A stretch of DNA of 64,000 nucleotides from Caviibacter abscessus (GCF_001517835.1 NZ_LOQG01000011.1:44028-108027); one strand, 5' to 3'. Shown: positions 28,506-40,054, counted from the stretch's first letter. Numbers and translations are program-made. The notes: generated by a model not told the origin, from the letters alone.

Positions 28506-31139
28506 ATGAAAGAATTAAACGGAAACTATAATCCCGCCGAATTTGAAACCAAATTATATAAAACATGGGAAAATAATAAATATTTTAATGCAGATACAAA
28601 TAGTGAAAAACCTGCATTTTCAATGATACTACCCCCACCTAATGTTACAGGTATACTTCACATAGGGCACGTTATGAACATGTCCGTTCAAGATGCCGTT
28701 ATAAGATATAAAAGAATGAGTGGATATAATGCTTTATGGTTACCAGGAACAGATCATGCAGGTATTGCAACACAAAATAAAGTTGAGAGAATGCTACATG
28801 ATATGGGTACATCAAAAGAACAAATAGGTAAAGAAGAATTTATCAAAAAAACTTGGGAATGGAAACATAAATACGGAAATATAATAACTGAACAATTTAG
28901 AAAAGTTGGATCATCATTTGATTGGACTAGAGAAAAATTTACTATGGACGAAGATGTTTCAAAGGCAGTTAAAGAAGCTTTTGTTAAATTATATAATGAT
29001 GATTTAATCTATCAAGGCGAATACATAGTAAACTGGTGTCCAAAAGATAAAACTGCACTTGCAGATGATGAAATTAATCATGAAGAAAAAGATAGTTTTA
29101 TTTGGCACATTACTTATAATATAAAAGATAGCGATGAAAAATTAATTGTTGCAACTACAAGACCTGAAACAATATTAGGTGATACCGGTGTTGCTGTAAA
29201 TCCAAATGATGACAGATACAAACATCTTATAGGTAAATTTGCGATTTTACCATTAATTAATCGTGAAATACCTATAGTTGCTGATGAATATGTCGAAATG
29301 GAATTTGGAACAGGTTGCGTTAAAATGACTCCATCTCACGATCCTAATGACTTTGAAGTTGCTAAAAGATGTAATCTTGAATATATAAATATATTAACTC
29401 CTGATGCTCACATAAATGAAAATGGTGGAAAGTATTGTGGATTAGATAGATTTGAAGCAAGAAAAGTTATATTAAAAGATCTTGAAGAATTAGGTTTACT
29501 TGTTAAAACTGAAAACCACAAAAATTCAGTAGGTCATTGCTATAGATGTAATACCATTATTGAACCTCGTATATCTAAACAATGGTTTGTTAGAATGAAA
29601 CCCCTTGCAACTAGAGCTTTAGAAGTTGTAAAAAATGGAGAAATAACATTTACTCCTAAAAGAATGGAAAAAATTTACTATAATTGGTTAGAAAATATTA
29701 GAGATTGGTGTATCTCAAGACAAATATGGTGGGGACATCAAATACCTGCATACTATGATCAAAATGGTAAACTTTATGTTGCAAAATCACTTGAAGAAGC
29801 ACAACAAAAAGCAGGAGAAGATAAAATACTTACACAAGAAACTGATGTACTTGATACTTGGTTTTCTTCAGCTCTTTGGCCTTTTACAACTTTAGGTTGG
29901 CCTAGTAAAACAGCTGATATGAGTACATTCTTTCCTACAAATACACTTGTTACAGCAGCAGATATAATATTTTTCTGGGTTGCTCGTATGATAATGATGA
30001 GCTTATACATAACAGATAAAGTACCATTTAATTATGTATATTTCACAGGTATTATTCGTGATGAAATGGGAAGAAAAATGAGTAAATCTCTTGGAAATTC
30101 TGTTGATCCTTTAGAAATTATAAAAAATAAAGGTGCAGATGCTCTAAGATTTAGTTTATTATTTAACATTACTCAAGGTCAAGATCTTAAATTTAATGAT
30201 TCATTAGTTGAAATGGGCTCAAACTTTGCTAATAAAGTATGGAATGCCTCAAAATTTGTAATATCAAATTTAAAAGATTTTGATAATAATATAAGTATAA
30301 TAGATTTAGATTTTAAACTTGAAGATTCTTGGATAATATCAAGACTTAATAATACTTCTGCTTTAATTAATAAAAATATGGAAGAATATAACATAGACCA
30401 AAGTTGTAAACTTGCATTTGAATTTTTCAAAGGAGATTTTTGCGATTGGTATGTTGAAATAGCTAAAACAAGAATATACAACGCAACAGATGAAACAGAT
30501 AAAAAAACAGCCCAATGGGTTTTAAGATATGTTTTAGATAACGCATTAAAACTTCTTCATCCATTTATGCCATTTATAACAGAAGAAATTTGGCAAATTA
30601 TAAAAATAAATGGTGAAACAATAATGCTTGAAAATTATCCTACTCTTGATAAAACATTAGTTGACACAAATATCGAAAAACAATTTTCGTTCTTACAAAA
30701 TGTAATATCTAATGTTCGTAATATCAGAGCAGAAGCCGGTGTATCACCAGCTAAAAAAATTGAAATAATTTATAAAACACAAAATGAGGAAGAAAAACAA
30801 ATATTAATAAATAATCCTAAAATTTTAAACAAATTAGCTAATATTGAAAAAGTTTCAGATACTGATGTACCAAGTCTGGTTGGTTCAAGAGTTTGTGGTG
30901 AAACTCAAATATTTGTTCCTTTAGCAGATTTAATTGATAAAGATAAAGAAATCGAAAAAATTAATAAAGAAATTGAAAAGGTTCAAAAAGAACTTGATAG
31001 AGTTATGGCAAAATTAAATAATGAGGCGTTCATCTCAAAAGCACCTAAAGCTGTTATTGATAAAGAAAACATGATTAAAGATGAACTTAGTTCAAAAATT
31101 AGTAAACTAAAAAATAATTTGGATTTATATATTAATTAG
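28506..31139 (+). CDS. valS: valine--tRNA ligase
   Basis: A class I aaRS with the HIGH motif (PNVTGILHIGH) and KMSKS, plus the C-terminal coiled-coil typical of ValRS. Confidence 0.95.
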   Translation: MKELNGNYNPAEFETKLYKTWENNKYFNADTNSEKPAFSMILPPPNVTGILHIGHVMNMSVQDAVIRYKRMSGYNALWLPGTDHAGIATQNKVERMLHDMGTSKEQIGKEEFIKKTWEWKHKYGNIITEQFRKVGSSFDWTREKFTMDEDVSKAVKEAFVKLYNDDLIYQGEYIVNWCPKDKTALADDEINHEEKDSFIWHITYNIKDSDEKLIVATTRPETILGDTGVAVNPNDDRYKHLIGKFAILPLINREIPIVADEYVEMEFGTGCVKMTPSHDPNDFEVAKRCNLEYINILTPDAHINENGGKYCGLDRFEARKVILKDLEELGLLVKTENHKNSVGHCYRCNTIIEPRISKQWFVRMKPLATRALEVVKNGEITFTPKRMEKIYYNWLENIRDWCISRQIWWGHQIPAYYDQNGKLYVAKSLEEAQQKAGEDKILTQETDVLDTWFSSALWPFTTLGWPSKTADMSTFFPTNTLVTAADIIFFWVARMIMMSLYITDKVPFNYVYFTGIIRDEMGRKMSKSLGNSVDPLEIIKNKGADALRFSLLFNITQGQDLKFNDSLVEMGSNFANKVWNASKFVISNLKDFDNNISIIDLDFKLEDSWIISRLNNTSALINKNMEEYNIDQSCKLAFEFFKGDFCDWYVEIAKTRIYNATDETDKKTAQWVLRYVLDNALKLLHPFMPFITEEIWQIIKINGETIMLENYPTLDKTLVDTNIEKQFSFLQNVISNVRNIRAEAGVSPAKKIEIIYKTQNEEEKQILINNPKILNKLANIEKVSDTDVPSLVGSRVCGETQIFVPLADLIDKDKEIEKINKEIEKVQKELDRVMAKLNNEAFISKAPKAVIDKENMIKDELSSKISKLKNNLDLYIN

Positions 31140-31147
31140 GAGGAAAA

Positions 31148-31558
31148 ATGAATGCACTATTTTGGGGATTAGCTGCTGGAATCTTTTTGATTATTGAAGT
31201 TATAATCCCAGGGCTTATTTCAATTTGGATGGCTTTAGCATCTTTCATTTTATTATTTATCTCATTCATACTAAAAGATACTAATATCCAGATTTTAATA
31301 TTCTTAACACTTACTTGTATCTTTATTTTTATAACTAGACCGCTAGTTATGAAAAAAATAAAAAGTAGTGTTGAAGAAAATATAAATATTAAAATAATTG
31401 CTGTTGTTAATACTGAAACTGAAATAAAAGAATACAATATAAGGTATAAAGGTACTATATGGACAGCAATATCAAATGATGTTTTTGAGGTAGGAGATAT
31501 TATAAAAATAAAAAGCTTTACAGGAAATAAAGTGAATATAGAAAGGATAAGTGAATAG
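31148..31558 (+). CDS. NfeD-like membrane protein (short form with a C-terminal OB-fold)
   Basis: Has three N-terminal TM helices and a C-terminal beta-rich domain. It is translationally coupled to the downstream SPFH gene, the classic NfeD-stomatin pair. Confidence 0.7.
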   Translation: MNALFWGLAAGIFLIIEVIIPGLISIWMALASFILLFISFILKDTNIQILIFLTLTCIFIFITRPLVMKKIKSSVEENINIKIIAVVNTETEIKEYNIRYKGTIWTAISNDVFEVGDIIKIKSFTGNKVNIERISE

Positions 31559-31559
31559 T

Positions 31560-32441
31560 ATGTTTTTACCATCATTAATCATTATAGTTTTTGGAATTTT
31601 AATTTCATTAATTATTAATGGTATTAAAATTGTACCGGAATCAAAAGTTTTTATTGTGCAAAGATTAGGAAAATATCATGTTCAATTAAATGCAGGATTT
31701 CATATTATAAATCCATTTTTAGACAATGTTATAAAAAAAGTAAGCCTTAAAGAAACAGTTAAAGATTTTGATCCTCAACCTGTTATAACAAAAGATAATG
31801 CCACTATGTTAATAGATACTGTAGTTTATTTTCAAATAACTGCTCCAAAATTATACACTTATGGCGTTGAAAATCCAATACTTGCTATTGAAAATTTAAC
31901 AGCAACTACTTTAAGAAATATTATTGGGGATTTAACAGTAGACCAAACATTAACTTCAAGAGACACAATAAACTCAAAAATGAGAATGGAACTTGATGAA
32001 GCTACTGACCCTTGGGGAATTAAAGTAAATCGTGTTGAATTAAAAAGTATTTTACCTCCTGAAGAAATAAGGGAAGCAATGGAAAAAGAAATGAAAGCTG
32101 AAAGAGTTAAAAGAGCAACAGTGTTAGAAGCTCAAGCCACTAAAGAAGCTGCTATACTTATTGCAGAGGGTGAAAAAACTGCTGCTATATTAAAAGCTGA
32201 AGCTGAGAAAGAAGTTAGAATTAAAGAAGCTGAAGGACAAGCAAGAGCAATATTAGAACTTAAAAAAGCTGAAGCTGACGGTATTAAATTACTAAATGAA
32301 AATGTTCCTGAAGACAAAATTTTAAGATTACAAGCTTTAAAAACATTAACTGAAGTAGCAGACGGTAAAGCTACAAAAATTATTATTCCTAGTGAAATAC
32401 AATCATTAGCTGGTCTTGTAACAAGCTTTAAAGAACTATAA
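31560..32441 (+). CDS. SPFH/band-7 (stomatin-like) protein
   Basis: An SPFH domain is followed by an Ala/Glu-rich coiled-coil. The ATG at 31560 was chosen, and a GTG at 31551 is an alternative start. Confidence 0.85.
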   Translation: MFLPSLIIIVFGILISLIINGIKIVPESKVFIVQRLGKYHVQLNAGFHIINPFLDNVIKKVSLKETVKDFDPQPVITKDNATMLIDTVVYFQITAPKLYTYGVENPILAIENLTATTLRNIIGDLTVDQTLTSRDTINSKMRMELDEATDPWGIKVNRVELKSILPPEEIREAMEKEMKAERVKRATVLEAQATKEAAILIAEGEKTAAILKAEAEKEVRIKEAEGQARAILELKKAEADGIKLLNENVPEDKILRLQALKTLTEVADGKATKIIIPSEIQSLAGLVTSFKEL

Positions 32442-32450
32442 CTAATAAAA

Positions 32451-32484
32451 ATAAGCTGTTGAAATATATTTAATTTTTCACAGC
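32451..32484. terminator. hairpin between convergent genes, possibly a bidirectional terminator
   Basis: A 7-bp stem (AAGCTGT / ACAGCTT) with a 20-nt loop is followed by T-rich sequence. Confidence 0.35.
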
Positions 32485-32495
32485 TTATTATTTTT

Positions 32496-32801
32496 TTACT
32501 TTTTTAATTCAATTATCATAAGAAATTCATCATTTTCATAATAAATCCTTATGTCATCAGCAAGGATAAAAAGAAGTTCTAATTCATCTTCATCACTATT
32601 TTCACCCATTAATTCCCAATAAAAATCGTATTCTAAATCTTTATGTCTTGCAAAATTAGAAGTTATATATTCCATTTCTTTTTCACTAATATTTATCTTT
32701 GACTTTGCTGATATTTCAAATACTTTTTCTTTTTCAGATATATTTATATTAATCTCTTTTCCCTTTTTTTCTAGTAAAAACTTTAAAACTTCGTCTGCCA
32801 T
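32496..32801 (-). CDS. small acidic hypothetical protein; the start is uncertain, and all candidate starts overlap the 3' end of the upstream gene
   Basis: An ORF with coding-like composition and no recognisable domain. Confidence 0.4.
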   Translation of the reverse strand: MADEVLKFLLEKKGKEININISEKEKVFEISAKSKINISEKEMEYITSNFARHKDLEYDFYWELMGENSDEDELELLFILADDIRIYYENDEFLMIIELKK

Positions 32802-34032
32802 TTTGACTAATTTCATCTTCTGCTCTTGCACCTAAAATTCCTCCTTTTATTTCTTCAATTACAGGAACATATACAGAGGCTAAAATGCCTGCTGCCAGTC
32901 CATTATTATACAAGTTTATTCCCCCGTGTATAACGCCTATTCTAACTGCTAAAGCGTAATGTAATATTCCAGCTATTATACCGGCTGTTATTCCAAATTT
33001 TCCAGAAATTGGAGCTAATGTTGTAGAAAAAAACATTGTCATAAGTAATATTGTAGGTTCTATTTGTATTTTAAATAAATATGGAGCTAAAGATACACCA
33101 ATTATCAAGGGCAATACATTTTTAATATGTTTTCCAAATCCTCCAAATGCTACAATTGTAAGCATTGAACAAATTACAGGTCCATTTAAAACTCCATATA
33201 ATTTTGAAATTAAAACTGATATTAAACCTAAAGTTCCCATATTTAATATAACGGCATAAAAGCCTTCTTTTTGTACAAAATCCGTAACTAATCTTCCAGT
33301 ATGCCCATATATTGAAATCATATTCGTTTTTATTTTTTTATCGTAAAATAATCCTATAAAAATCAGTATTAAAAAGTATACTATAAAAAAATAAAAAACT
33401 CTATTATCAAACTTCATATAATAAACAGTATTTATATCAAAATTTATTCCATAAGCACTTATTATTGAATATATTACAATTCCTAAAAGTCCTCCAGAAA
33501 GCCCACTATTATACAAACTGTATCCATTATGAAAATGCAAAGCTTGTTTAGATATAACTGGCATTATAAATCCAACTATTATTCCTATAAATATACCATA
33601 AATTCCTAATGAACTTACTACTGGAGCAAGTGTTGTAGAAAGCATTGAAATTGCAACTACAGTTTTATATCTTTTATTAAACAAAACAGCGTATAAATAT
33701 GTTCCTATATAAAAAGGTATAATGTTTACTCCATTTTTACCCATAAATCCAAATGAAAGTATAATAAATAATGACATTATTAGCAGTCCATTTAGTCTTA
33801 ACCTCAATTTATATATCAAAAATATATTTGCAAGAGTTATTAAAGCTGAATTTAAAAATGCTGCTCCTATATTTCCTATAATAAAATAATCGGATATCAA
33901 AATATCATTAGATCTAAAGATATTTATCATACCAATAAAAATCTTTTGAGGACTTTCTAAATAAAATGCAAAAATAACCATCATTATAGGTAATATTGAT
34001 ATAATTAAATACTCTTTTTTTTGTTCATTCAT
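32749..34032 (-). CDS. polytopic membrane protein with an internal two-fold repeat, unknown function
   Basis: Has about 12 TM segments. The motif H(F/G)xNG(Y/I)(S/N)LYN(S/N)GL(S/A)(G/A)G(L/I)L occurs twice (HFHNGYSLYNSGLSGGLLG and HGGINLYNNGLAAGILA). Confidence 0.6.
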   Translation of the reverse strand: MNEQKKEYLIISILPIMMVIFAFYLESPQKIFIGMINIFRSNDILISDYFIIGNIGAAFLNSALITLANIFLIYKLRLRLNGLLIMSLFIILSFGFMGKNGVNIIPFYIGTYLYAVLFNKRYKTVVAISMLSTTLAPVVSSLGIYGIFIGIIVGFIMPVISKQALHFHNGYSLYNSGLSGGLLGIVIYSIISAYGINFDINTVYYMKFDNRVFYFFIVYFLILIFIGLFYDKKIKTNMISIYGHTGRLVTDFVQKEGFYAVILNMGTLGLISVLISKLYGVLNGPVICSMLTIVAFGGFGKHIKNVLPLIIGVSLAPYLFKIQIEPTILLMTMFFSTTLAPISGKFGITAGIIAGILHYALAVRIGVIHGGINLYNNGLAAGILASVYVPVIEEIKGGILGARAEDEISQNGRRSFKVFTRKKGKRD

Positions 34033-34070
34033 TTAATCGCCCCCTTATATAAAAAATGTAGTATAAAATA

Positions 34071-35555
34071 CTACATTTTGTCAATAAATTCTTTTATTTT
34101 TTCATATGGTAACACCATACAGTCTTCAAGAACTTTTTCAAAAGTATTACCTATACATGAATATAAATCAACATTTTTAATATTTTCATCATTTACATAT
34201 CTTTTTATCCATTCAATATGTTTAATTAAACTTTCGTTATTTTTCATTTCATTTTCTAATTCATTTACATTATTTACTTTATTTAAAATAATGCTTAAAT
34301 CACTCATTTCAGTTTTAAGTCTACTTGGTAGTACTGCAAGTCCCATAACTTCAATAAGTCCTATATTTTCTTTTTTTATATTGTGATACTCACTATGTGG
34401 GTGATAAATTCCAAGAGGATACTCATCTGTTGTTAAATTATTTCTTAAAACCAAATCAAGTTCATACTCGTTATTTTTAAATCTTGCTATCGGAGTTATA
34501 GTATTATGTCTTAGCTCCTTTGTATGACTTACAATAGGTTCTTCATTATATTTTATCCATCTTGCCAATATTTCATCTGCAGTTTTTACTATTTCTTTTT
34601 CATCAGCACTGTTTAATCTTATCACTGACATAGGCCAATTAACTATACTTATATCCACATTTCCTATAGTTTTTATTTTAGTTTTACTAGCAACTTCCAT
34701 TGCAAAAGTATATTTTCCTGTTTGAAAATGATCATGACTTAAAATAGATCCTCCAACTATTGGTAAATCAGCATTAGAACCAATAAAATAATGTGGAAAT
34801 TTTTTTACAAATTCTATAAGTCTTTCAAAAGTATTTTTATCTATTTTCATAGGTCTAATTTCAGATGAAAATACAATTGAATGTTCGTTATAATATGTAT
34901 ATGGTGAATATTGAAAATACCAATCTTCATTACTCAAATTAAGTTTTATAATTCTATGATTTTGTCTTCCAGGATAATTAATACGTCCACTGTATCCTTC
35001 ATTTTCTTTACAAAGCATTGATTTTGGGTATGAAGCCATAGGTGCATTTCTTTCTAATGCTATTTGTTTAGGATCTTTTTCAGGTTTAGATAAATTTATA
35101 GTAATGTCTAATTGACCATACTTACTTTCATACTTATAACATACATTTTTTTCTATTCTGTCAGTTCTAATATAATTAGATTTTCTTGACAAATCATAAA
35201 AATACTCTGTTGCAAACTCAGGATTTTTACCATATTCTAACCAAAACTTCTTATTAATCTCACTTGGCATTTTTATTATTTGTCCCATTATTTTAGAATT
35301 AAGTAAATCTTCATATGCTAGTATATTTTCTTTAAGTTTTCTATTCATTTTTGCCCAATTTACAATACTATCTAAAATTTCAACAGGATAAATCATATTT
35401 TTTATTGCATTTTCATCAATTTCAGTTTCTTCAAAATCTTCTATATTAAGTAAATCAAGTATTCTATTTCTAACTAAAATTTTGTCTTCATTATCAATAA
35501 GACCATTTATATTTGAGTATAAAATTAATTTCTCTATTTCTTCGTATATGTTCAT
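34071..35555 (-). CDS. galT: galactose-1-phosphate uridylyltransferase (type 2, long form)
   Basis: Aligns with type-2 GalT over its full length and includes the HDHFQ active-site region. Confidence 0.9.
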   Translation of the reverse strand: MNIYEEIEKLILYSNINGLIDNEDKILVRNRILDLLNIEDFEETEIDENAIKNMIYPVEILDSIVNWAKMNRKLKENILAYEDLLNSKIMGQIIKMPSEINKKFWLEYGKNPEFATEYFYDLSRKSNYIRTDRIEKNVCYKYESKYGQLDITINLSKPEKDPKQIALERNAPMASYPKSMLCKENEGYSGRINYPGRQNHRIIKLNLSNEDWYFQYSPYTYYNEHSIVFSSEIRPMKIDKNTFERLIEFVKKFPHYFIGSNADLPIVGGSILSHDHFQTGKYTFAMEVASKTKIKTIGNVDISIVNWPMSVIRLNSADEKEIVKTADEILARWIKYNEEPIVSHTKELRHNTITPIARFKNNEYELDLVLRNNLTTDEYPLGIYHPHSEYHNIKKENIGLIEVMGLAVLPSRLKTEMSDLSIILNKVNNVNELENEMKNNESLIKHIEWIKRYVNDENIKNVDLYSCIGNTFEKVLEDCMVLPYEKIKEFIDKM

Positions 35556-35564
35556 TCTATATCC

Positions 35565-36545
35565 TTAATATTTTTTATTTTTCTCCCATTTCCAAGCTGA
35601 TGATATTATATCTTCTAAGTTATACTTAGGCTTAAATCCTAATTCTTTTATTATTTTTTCAGGATCTGCAATAAGTATTGCAGGATCTCCAGCTCTTCTA
35701 TCAGTTTCCTCAACTTTAAAGTCTACTTTTGTAATATCTTTTACTGTATTTATTATTTCTCTAACTGAATATCCAGTTCCATTACCTAAGTTATAATCAA
35801 GAGAAACATTTTCGTTTAGCATTTTCTCCATACTTACTATATGTGCCACTGCTAAATCATAAACGTGTATATAATCTCTTATGCAAGTTTTATCAAAAGT
35901 ATGATAATCTGTTCCATATATTTTTATACTATCTCTAACACCATTTGCAGTTTTTACAACAAGTGGTATTAAATGCGTTTCTGGATTATGACTTTCTCCA
36001 ATAAGACCATCTTCATCAGAACCGGCAGCATTAAAGTATCTTAAAACTACACTTTTTAATCCATATGCTCTTTCAAAATCTTTTAACATATGTTCTACCA
36101 TTAATTTTGACATCCCATATGGATTTATAGGATTTTGTGGATGAGTTTCTTTAATTTTTGATTCTATAGGCTCACCAAAAGTTGCAGCTGTTGAGCTGAA
36201 TACAAAATATTTTACGTTACTTTCAACCATTTGATTAAGTAAATTTATTACTTTTCCTACATTATTTTCATAATATTTACCAGGTTCTATAACTGATTCT
36301 CCAACTTCAATAAATGCAGCAAAATGCATTACAGCATCAATATTTTCATTTTCAAATACTTCTTTTAAGTGATTTCTATCTCCTAAATCTCCAATTATAA
36401 GTTTTACATCTAATATATCAGCAACTTCTTTATGTCCTTTTGATAAATTATCATATATTATTGGATTATAGCCTTGTTTTTTCAAAAGATTAACAGTATG
36501 TGATCCTATGTATCCTGCTCCACCAATAACTAAAATATTTTTCAT
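35565..36545 (-). CDS. galE: UDP-glucose 4-epimerase
   Basis: Has the GGAGYIGSH Rossmann motif and the YxxxK catalytic dyad (YGMSK). Confidence 0.9.
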   Translation of the reverse strand: MKNILVIGGAGYIGSHTVNLLKKQGYNPIIYDNLSKGHKEVADILDVKLIIGDLGDRNHLKEVFENENIDAVMHFAAFIEVGESVIEPGKYYENNVGKVINLLNQMVESNVKYFVFSSTAATFGEPIESKIKETHPQNPINPYGMSKLMVEHMLKDFERAYGLKSVVLRYFNAAGSDEDGLIGESHNPETHLIPLVVKTANGVRDSIKIYGTDYHTFDKTCIRDYIHVYDLAVAHIVSMEKMLNENVSLDYNLGNGTGYSVREIINTVKDITKVDFKVEETDRRAGDPAILIADPEKIIKELGFKPKYNLEDIISSAWKWEKNKKY

Positions 36546-37555
36546 TTTTCTTCCCCTTTTTCAAATATTAATTCAGTAAAAGAATAATATGGTTTATCTT
36601 TTGTTGTTAAATTATGAAAATCTTTTCCTAAATTTATTCCGTTTGTATAATCTTGCGTTTCAAGTGCTACACCTAAATGCTTAGGATTTTTTTCTATATT
36701 ATCTACCGGTTCAACTTCATCTAAAAAATTACCTACATACATAACAACTGCTCTTTGATTTGTTTTAATTTTCATAGTAATTCCATTTACATTAGATTTC
36801 AATAAAATATCATATTCATTATTTTTCTTATTTAATGAAAAACAGTGATCAAAATAATAACTAATTTTAAATTGTTTTTCATTTGAATTAATATCTTCAT
36901 TAAGATATTTACCAGCTCTAAAATCAAAAACTGTATTATCAACACTTTTTATATTTTCTGAAATCATATCATTTGCAAGCTCTAAATATTTGTCAGAATT
37001 AATTTTTATATAATGATTAAGTGCTGTTTCTTTTAATCCAGATAAATTAAAATATGAATGACTTGTTAAATTTATATATGTAGTTTCATTAGTTGTTGCA
37101 AAATATTCCATTTTTATTTTATCACTTTTTTCATCAACTGTATATATCACTGTAAACATAACTTTTCCAGGATATTTACTATTATTTTCATCAAAATATT
37201 CTAATTTAATTCCATTTTTTAAAATGGTTCCTTTAAATATTTTATTATGTAAGCCGTCTATACCACCATGATTATTGTTGTTTCCATCATTTTTATCAAG
37301 TTTGTATGTAGTATCTCCAATATTAAAACTTGCATCTTTAATTCTACCTGCTGTTCTTCCTACTAAAGCTCCCATATATGATGGATTATTTATGTAGCAA
37401 GAATAGTCAGAATACGATAAAACCATATTCTGACTATTATAAATTATTTTTTCTATTATACAACCTAAATTTAATATACTCACTTCAAAGCCATTATCTT
37501 TTTTTATATTGTATCTTACAATATTGTCCGATATATTAAAGCTAGTTATTTTCAT
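36542..37555 (-). CDS. galM: aldose 1-epimerase (galactose mutarotase)
   Basis: Has the mutarotase fold and catalytic-His region (HGG...), and sits in a gal context. Confidence 0.85.
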   Translation of the reverse strand: MKITSFNISDNIVRYNIKKDNGFEVSILNLGCIIEKIIYNSQNMVLSYSDYSCYINNPSYMGALVGRTAGRIKDASFNIGDTTYKLDKNDGNNNNHGGIDGLHNKIFKGTILKNGIKLEYFDENNSKYPGKVMFTVIYTVDEKSDKIKMEYFATTNETTYINLTSHSYFNLSGLKETALNHYIKINSDKYLELANDMISENIKSVDNTVFDFRAGKYLNEDINSNEKQFKISYYFDHCFSLNKKNNEYDILLKSNVNGITMKIKTNQRAVVMYVGNFLDEVEPVDNIEKNPKHLGVALETQDYTNGINLGKDFHNLTTKDKPYYSFTELIFEKGEEK

Positions 37556-37556
37556 A

Positions 37557-38555
37557 TTATCTACCTTTTTTATATTTCAACATATCTATTGCTACTGCAA
37601 AAATTATTATTAAACCTTTAATAATATATTGCCAGTAAGGATTTACACCTATATATGAAAGACCATAGTTTATAACAGTGAAAATTATAACCCCAAGAAC
37701 TACACCTGAAATTTTACCAACACCGCCTGAAAATGATACTCCACCTATAACGCAAGCTCCAATAGCATCCATTTCATACATGAATCCCATGTTATTTGTA
37801 ACTGAACCTACACGTGCAGCCTCTAAAAATCCACCTGTAGCATACATTATTCCTGATAAAACATATACAAGTATTAGTGTTTTAACTACATTAACTCCTG
37901 ATACTACAGCAGCTTCTGGATTTCCACCAACAGCAAATAAGTTTTTACCAAATACTGTTTTATTCCATAGTATCCACATAAATATTACTGCAATTATTGC
38001 ATATATTACTAATTTTGGTATTTGCATACCGCCAATTTCAATAAATTGTGATATTGAACTATATTTCATATCAAAACTTGCAACTGGCTTATTTCCAATA
38101 TATTCATAATATAGTGAATTTATTCCGTAAACAATAGTCATAGTTCCCATAGTTGTAACAAATGGAACAACATTTAATTTTGCAACTATAATACCATTAA
38201 ATAATCCAATTACAGCTCCAATAGCCATTACTAATAAAAGAACCAATAAAGGATTAGGAGTTGATAAACTAGGATATACCTTTGTTGAAACTCCAAATCT
38301 TTGAAGTAATGAACCTGCTACAACTGCTGCAAGTCCAACTTGTCTACCTGCTGATAAATCTGTTCCCTGTGTAACAATTATACCCGCAACACCAAGTGCT
38401 AATATCATTCTTACTGATGATTGAACTAATATATTTTTAAAGTTTATTATACCTAAAAATGTAGGATCTTTTGCTATTATTCCAAATATTAATACTATCA
38501 ATACCAGATATATTCCTCTATCAAGTAGAAGATTTTTTAATTTTTGATTTTTCAT
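37557..38555 (-). CDS. mglC: galactose/methyl-galactoside ABC transporter permease
   Basis: A ten-TM permease of the RbsC/MglC family. Confidence 0.85.
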   Translation of the reverse strand: MKNQKLKNLLLDRGIYLVLIVLIFGIIAKDPTFLGIINFKNILVQSSVRMILALGVAGIIVTQGTDLSAGRQVGLAAVVAGSLLQRFGVSTKVYPSLSTPNPLLVLLLVMAIGAVIGLFNGIIVAKLNVVPFVTTMGTMTIVYGINSLYYEYIGNKPVASFDMKYSSISQFIEIGGMQIPKLVIYAIIAVIFMWILWNKTVFGKNLFAVGGNPEAAVVSGVNVVKTLILVYVLSGIMYATGGFLEAARVGSVTNNMGFMYEMDAIGACVIGGVSFSGGVGKISGVVLGVIIFTVINYGLSYIGVNPYWQYIIKGLIIIFAVAIDMLKYKKGR

Positions 38556-38566
38556 TTTTCCTCCCG

Positions 38567-40054
38567 TTATAGATACATTGCTGTTAATCTTAATATTTCT
38601 TCTTGTGATGTTGTTTTTGTATCAACAATTCCGGCAACTCTACCGTTACTCATTACTAAAATTCTATCTGTAACTCCTAATAATTCAGGCATTTCTGATG
38701 ATATCATTATTACACCCTTATCATTTTTTGCAAGATTTATCATAAGTTGATATATTTCATATTTTGCTCCAACATCTATACCTCTTGTAGGTTCGTCCAT
38801 AAGAAGAACCTCAGGTTGAGTTAAAAGCCATCTTCCAATAATTACTTTTTGCTGATTCCCACCAGATAAGTTACCTATATTTGTTTTTTGAGATGGCGTT
38901 TTAACTTTCATACTATCTATAACCCATTTAGTTTCATCTGTTATTAAAGCATCATTTAAAAGTCCATATTTTGTTTTATATGCTCTTACATTAGATATTA
39001 TTGAATTAAATTTAATATCCAACATTGAAAATAAACCTGTTCTTCTTCTGTCTTCCGTTATTAGTGCTATTCCATTTTTTATAGCATCTTTAGGCTCTTC
39101 TATATTTATTTCATTACCATGTAATATTATTTGTCCTTCATCTTTAGGTAAAACTCCAAATATAGTTTCAACTATTTCAGTTCTTTTTGAACCTACCAAT
39201 CCTGCTATACCAAGTATTTCACCTTTTTTCAAATCAAAATTAATATCTTTTAATACTTTTGAATTTAGATTTTTTATTTCCATGATAACATCTTTTGGCA
39301 CATTATCTTTTGCTGGAAATCTATTAGTAAGTTCTCTACCTACCATTAAATTTATTATTTCATCTGTTGATAAGTCTGCCACTGTTCTTGTTGTTATCCA
39401 TTGACCATCTCTTAAAATAGTTATTTCATCACAAATCGCTTTTATTTCTTCCATTTTATGTGAAATATATACAATTCCTACTCCATTTCCTTGCAGCTGT
39501 TTTATTATTCTAAATAAATGCCCTACTTCATTTTCAGTTAAAGAAGATGTTGGTTCATCAAGAATTAAAACTTTAGAATTATATGACACAGCTTTTGCTA
39601 TTTCTAGCATTTGCATTTGAGATACACTTAAATTTTCAACTTTTTCTCTAGGATCTATTTTTATATCCAACTTTTTGAAAATCTCTAAAGTATCTTTATA
39701 CATTTTATCTTCATCAACTAATCCATATTTTTTAGGATATCTACCAAGCCAGATATTATCCATAACATTTCTTTGAACAACTTGATTTAGTTCTTGATGA
39801 ACCATAGAAACTCCGTGTTCTAAAGCATCTTTTGAATTTATAAAAGCTATTTCTTGCCCTTCTAATTTAATTGTTCCCGTATCTTTTATATATATTCCGA
39901 ATAAGCATTTCATAAGAGTTGATTTACCAGCACCATTTTCACCCATAAGTGCATGAACACTGTTTGGCTTTATTTTAAGTTGAACATTTTGTAATGCCTT
40001 AACTCCGGGAAATTCTTTTGATATATTTTCCATTTCCAGCACATATTTTGTCAT
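38567..40054 (-). CDS. mglA: galactose/methyl-galactoside ABC transporter ATP-binding protein (tandem ABC domains)
   Basis: Has two ABC cassettes (GENGAGKST and LSGGNQQK). Confidence 0.9.
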   Translation of the reverse strand: MTKYVLEMENISKEFPGVKALQNVQLKIKPNSVHALMGENGAGKSTLMKCLFGIYIKDTGTIKLEGQEIAFINSKDALEHGVSMVHQELNQVVQRNVMDNIWLGRYPKKYGLVDEDKMYKDTLEIFKKLDIKIDPREKVENLSVSQMQMLEIAKAVSYNSKVLILDEPTSSLTENEVGHLFRIIKQLQGNGVGIVYISHKMEEIKAICDEITILRDGQWITTRTVADLSTDEIINLMVGRELTNRFPAKDNVPKDVIMEIKNLNSKVLKDINFDLKKGEILGIAGLVGSKRTEIVETIFGVLPKDEGQIILHGNEINIEEPKDAIKNGIALITEDRRRTGLFSMLDIKFNSIISNVRAYKTKYGLLNDALITDETKWVIDSMKVKTPSQKTNIGNLSGGNQQKVIIGRWLLTQPEVLLMDEPTRGIDVGAKYEIYQLMINLAKNDKGVIMISSEMPELLGVTDRILVMSNGRVAGIVDTKTTSQEEILRLTAMYL

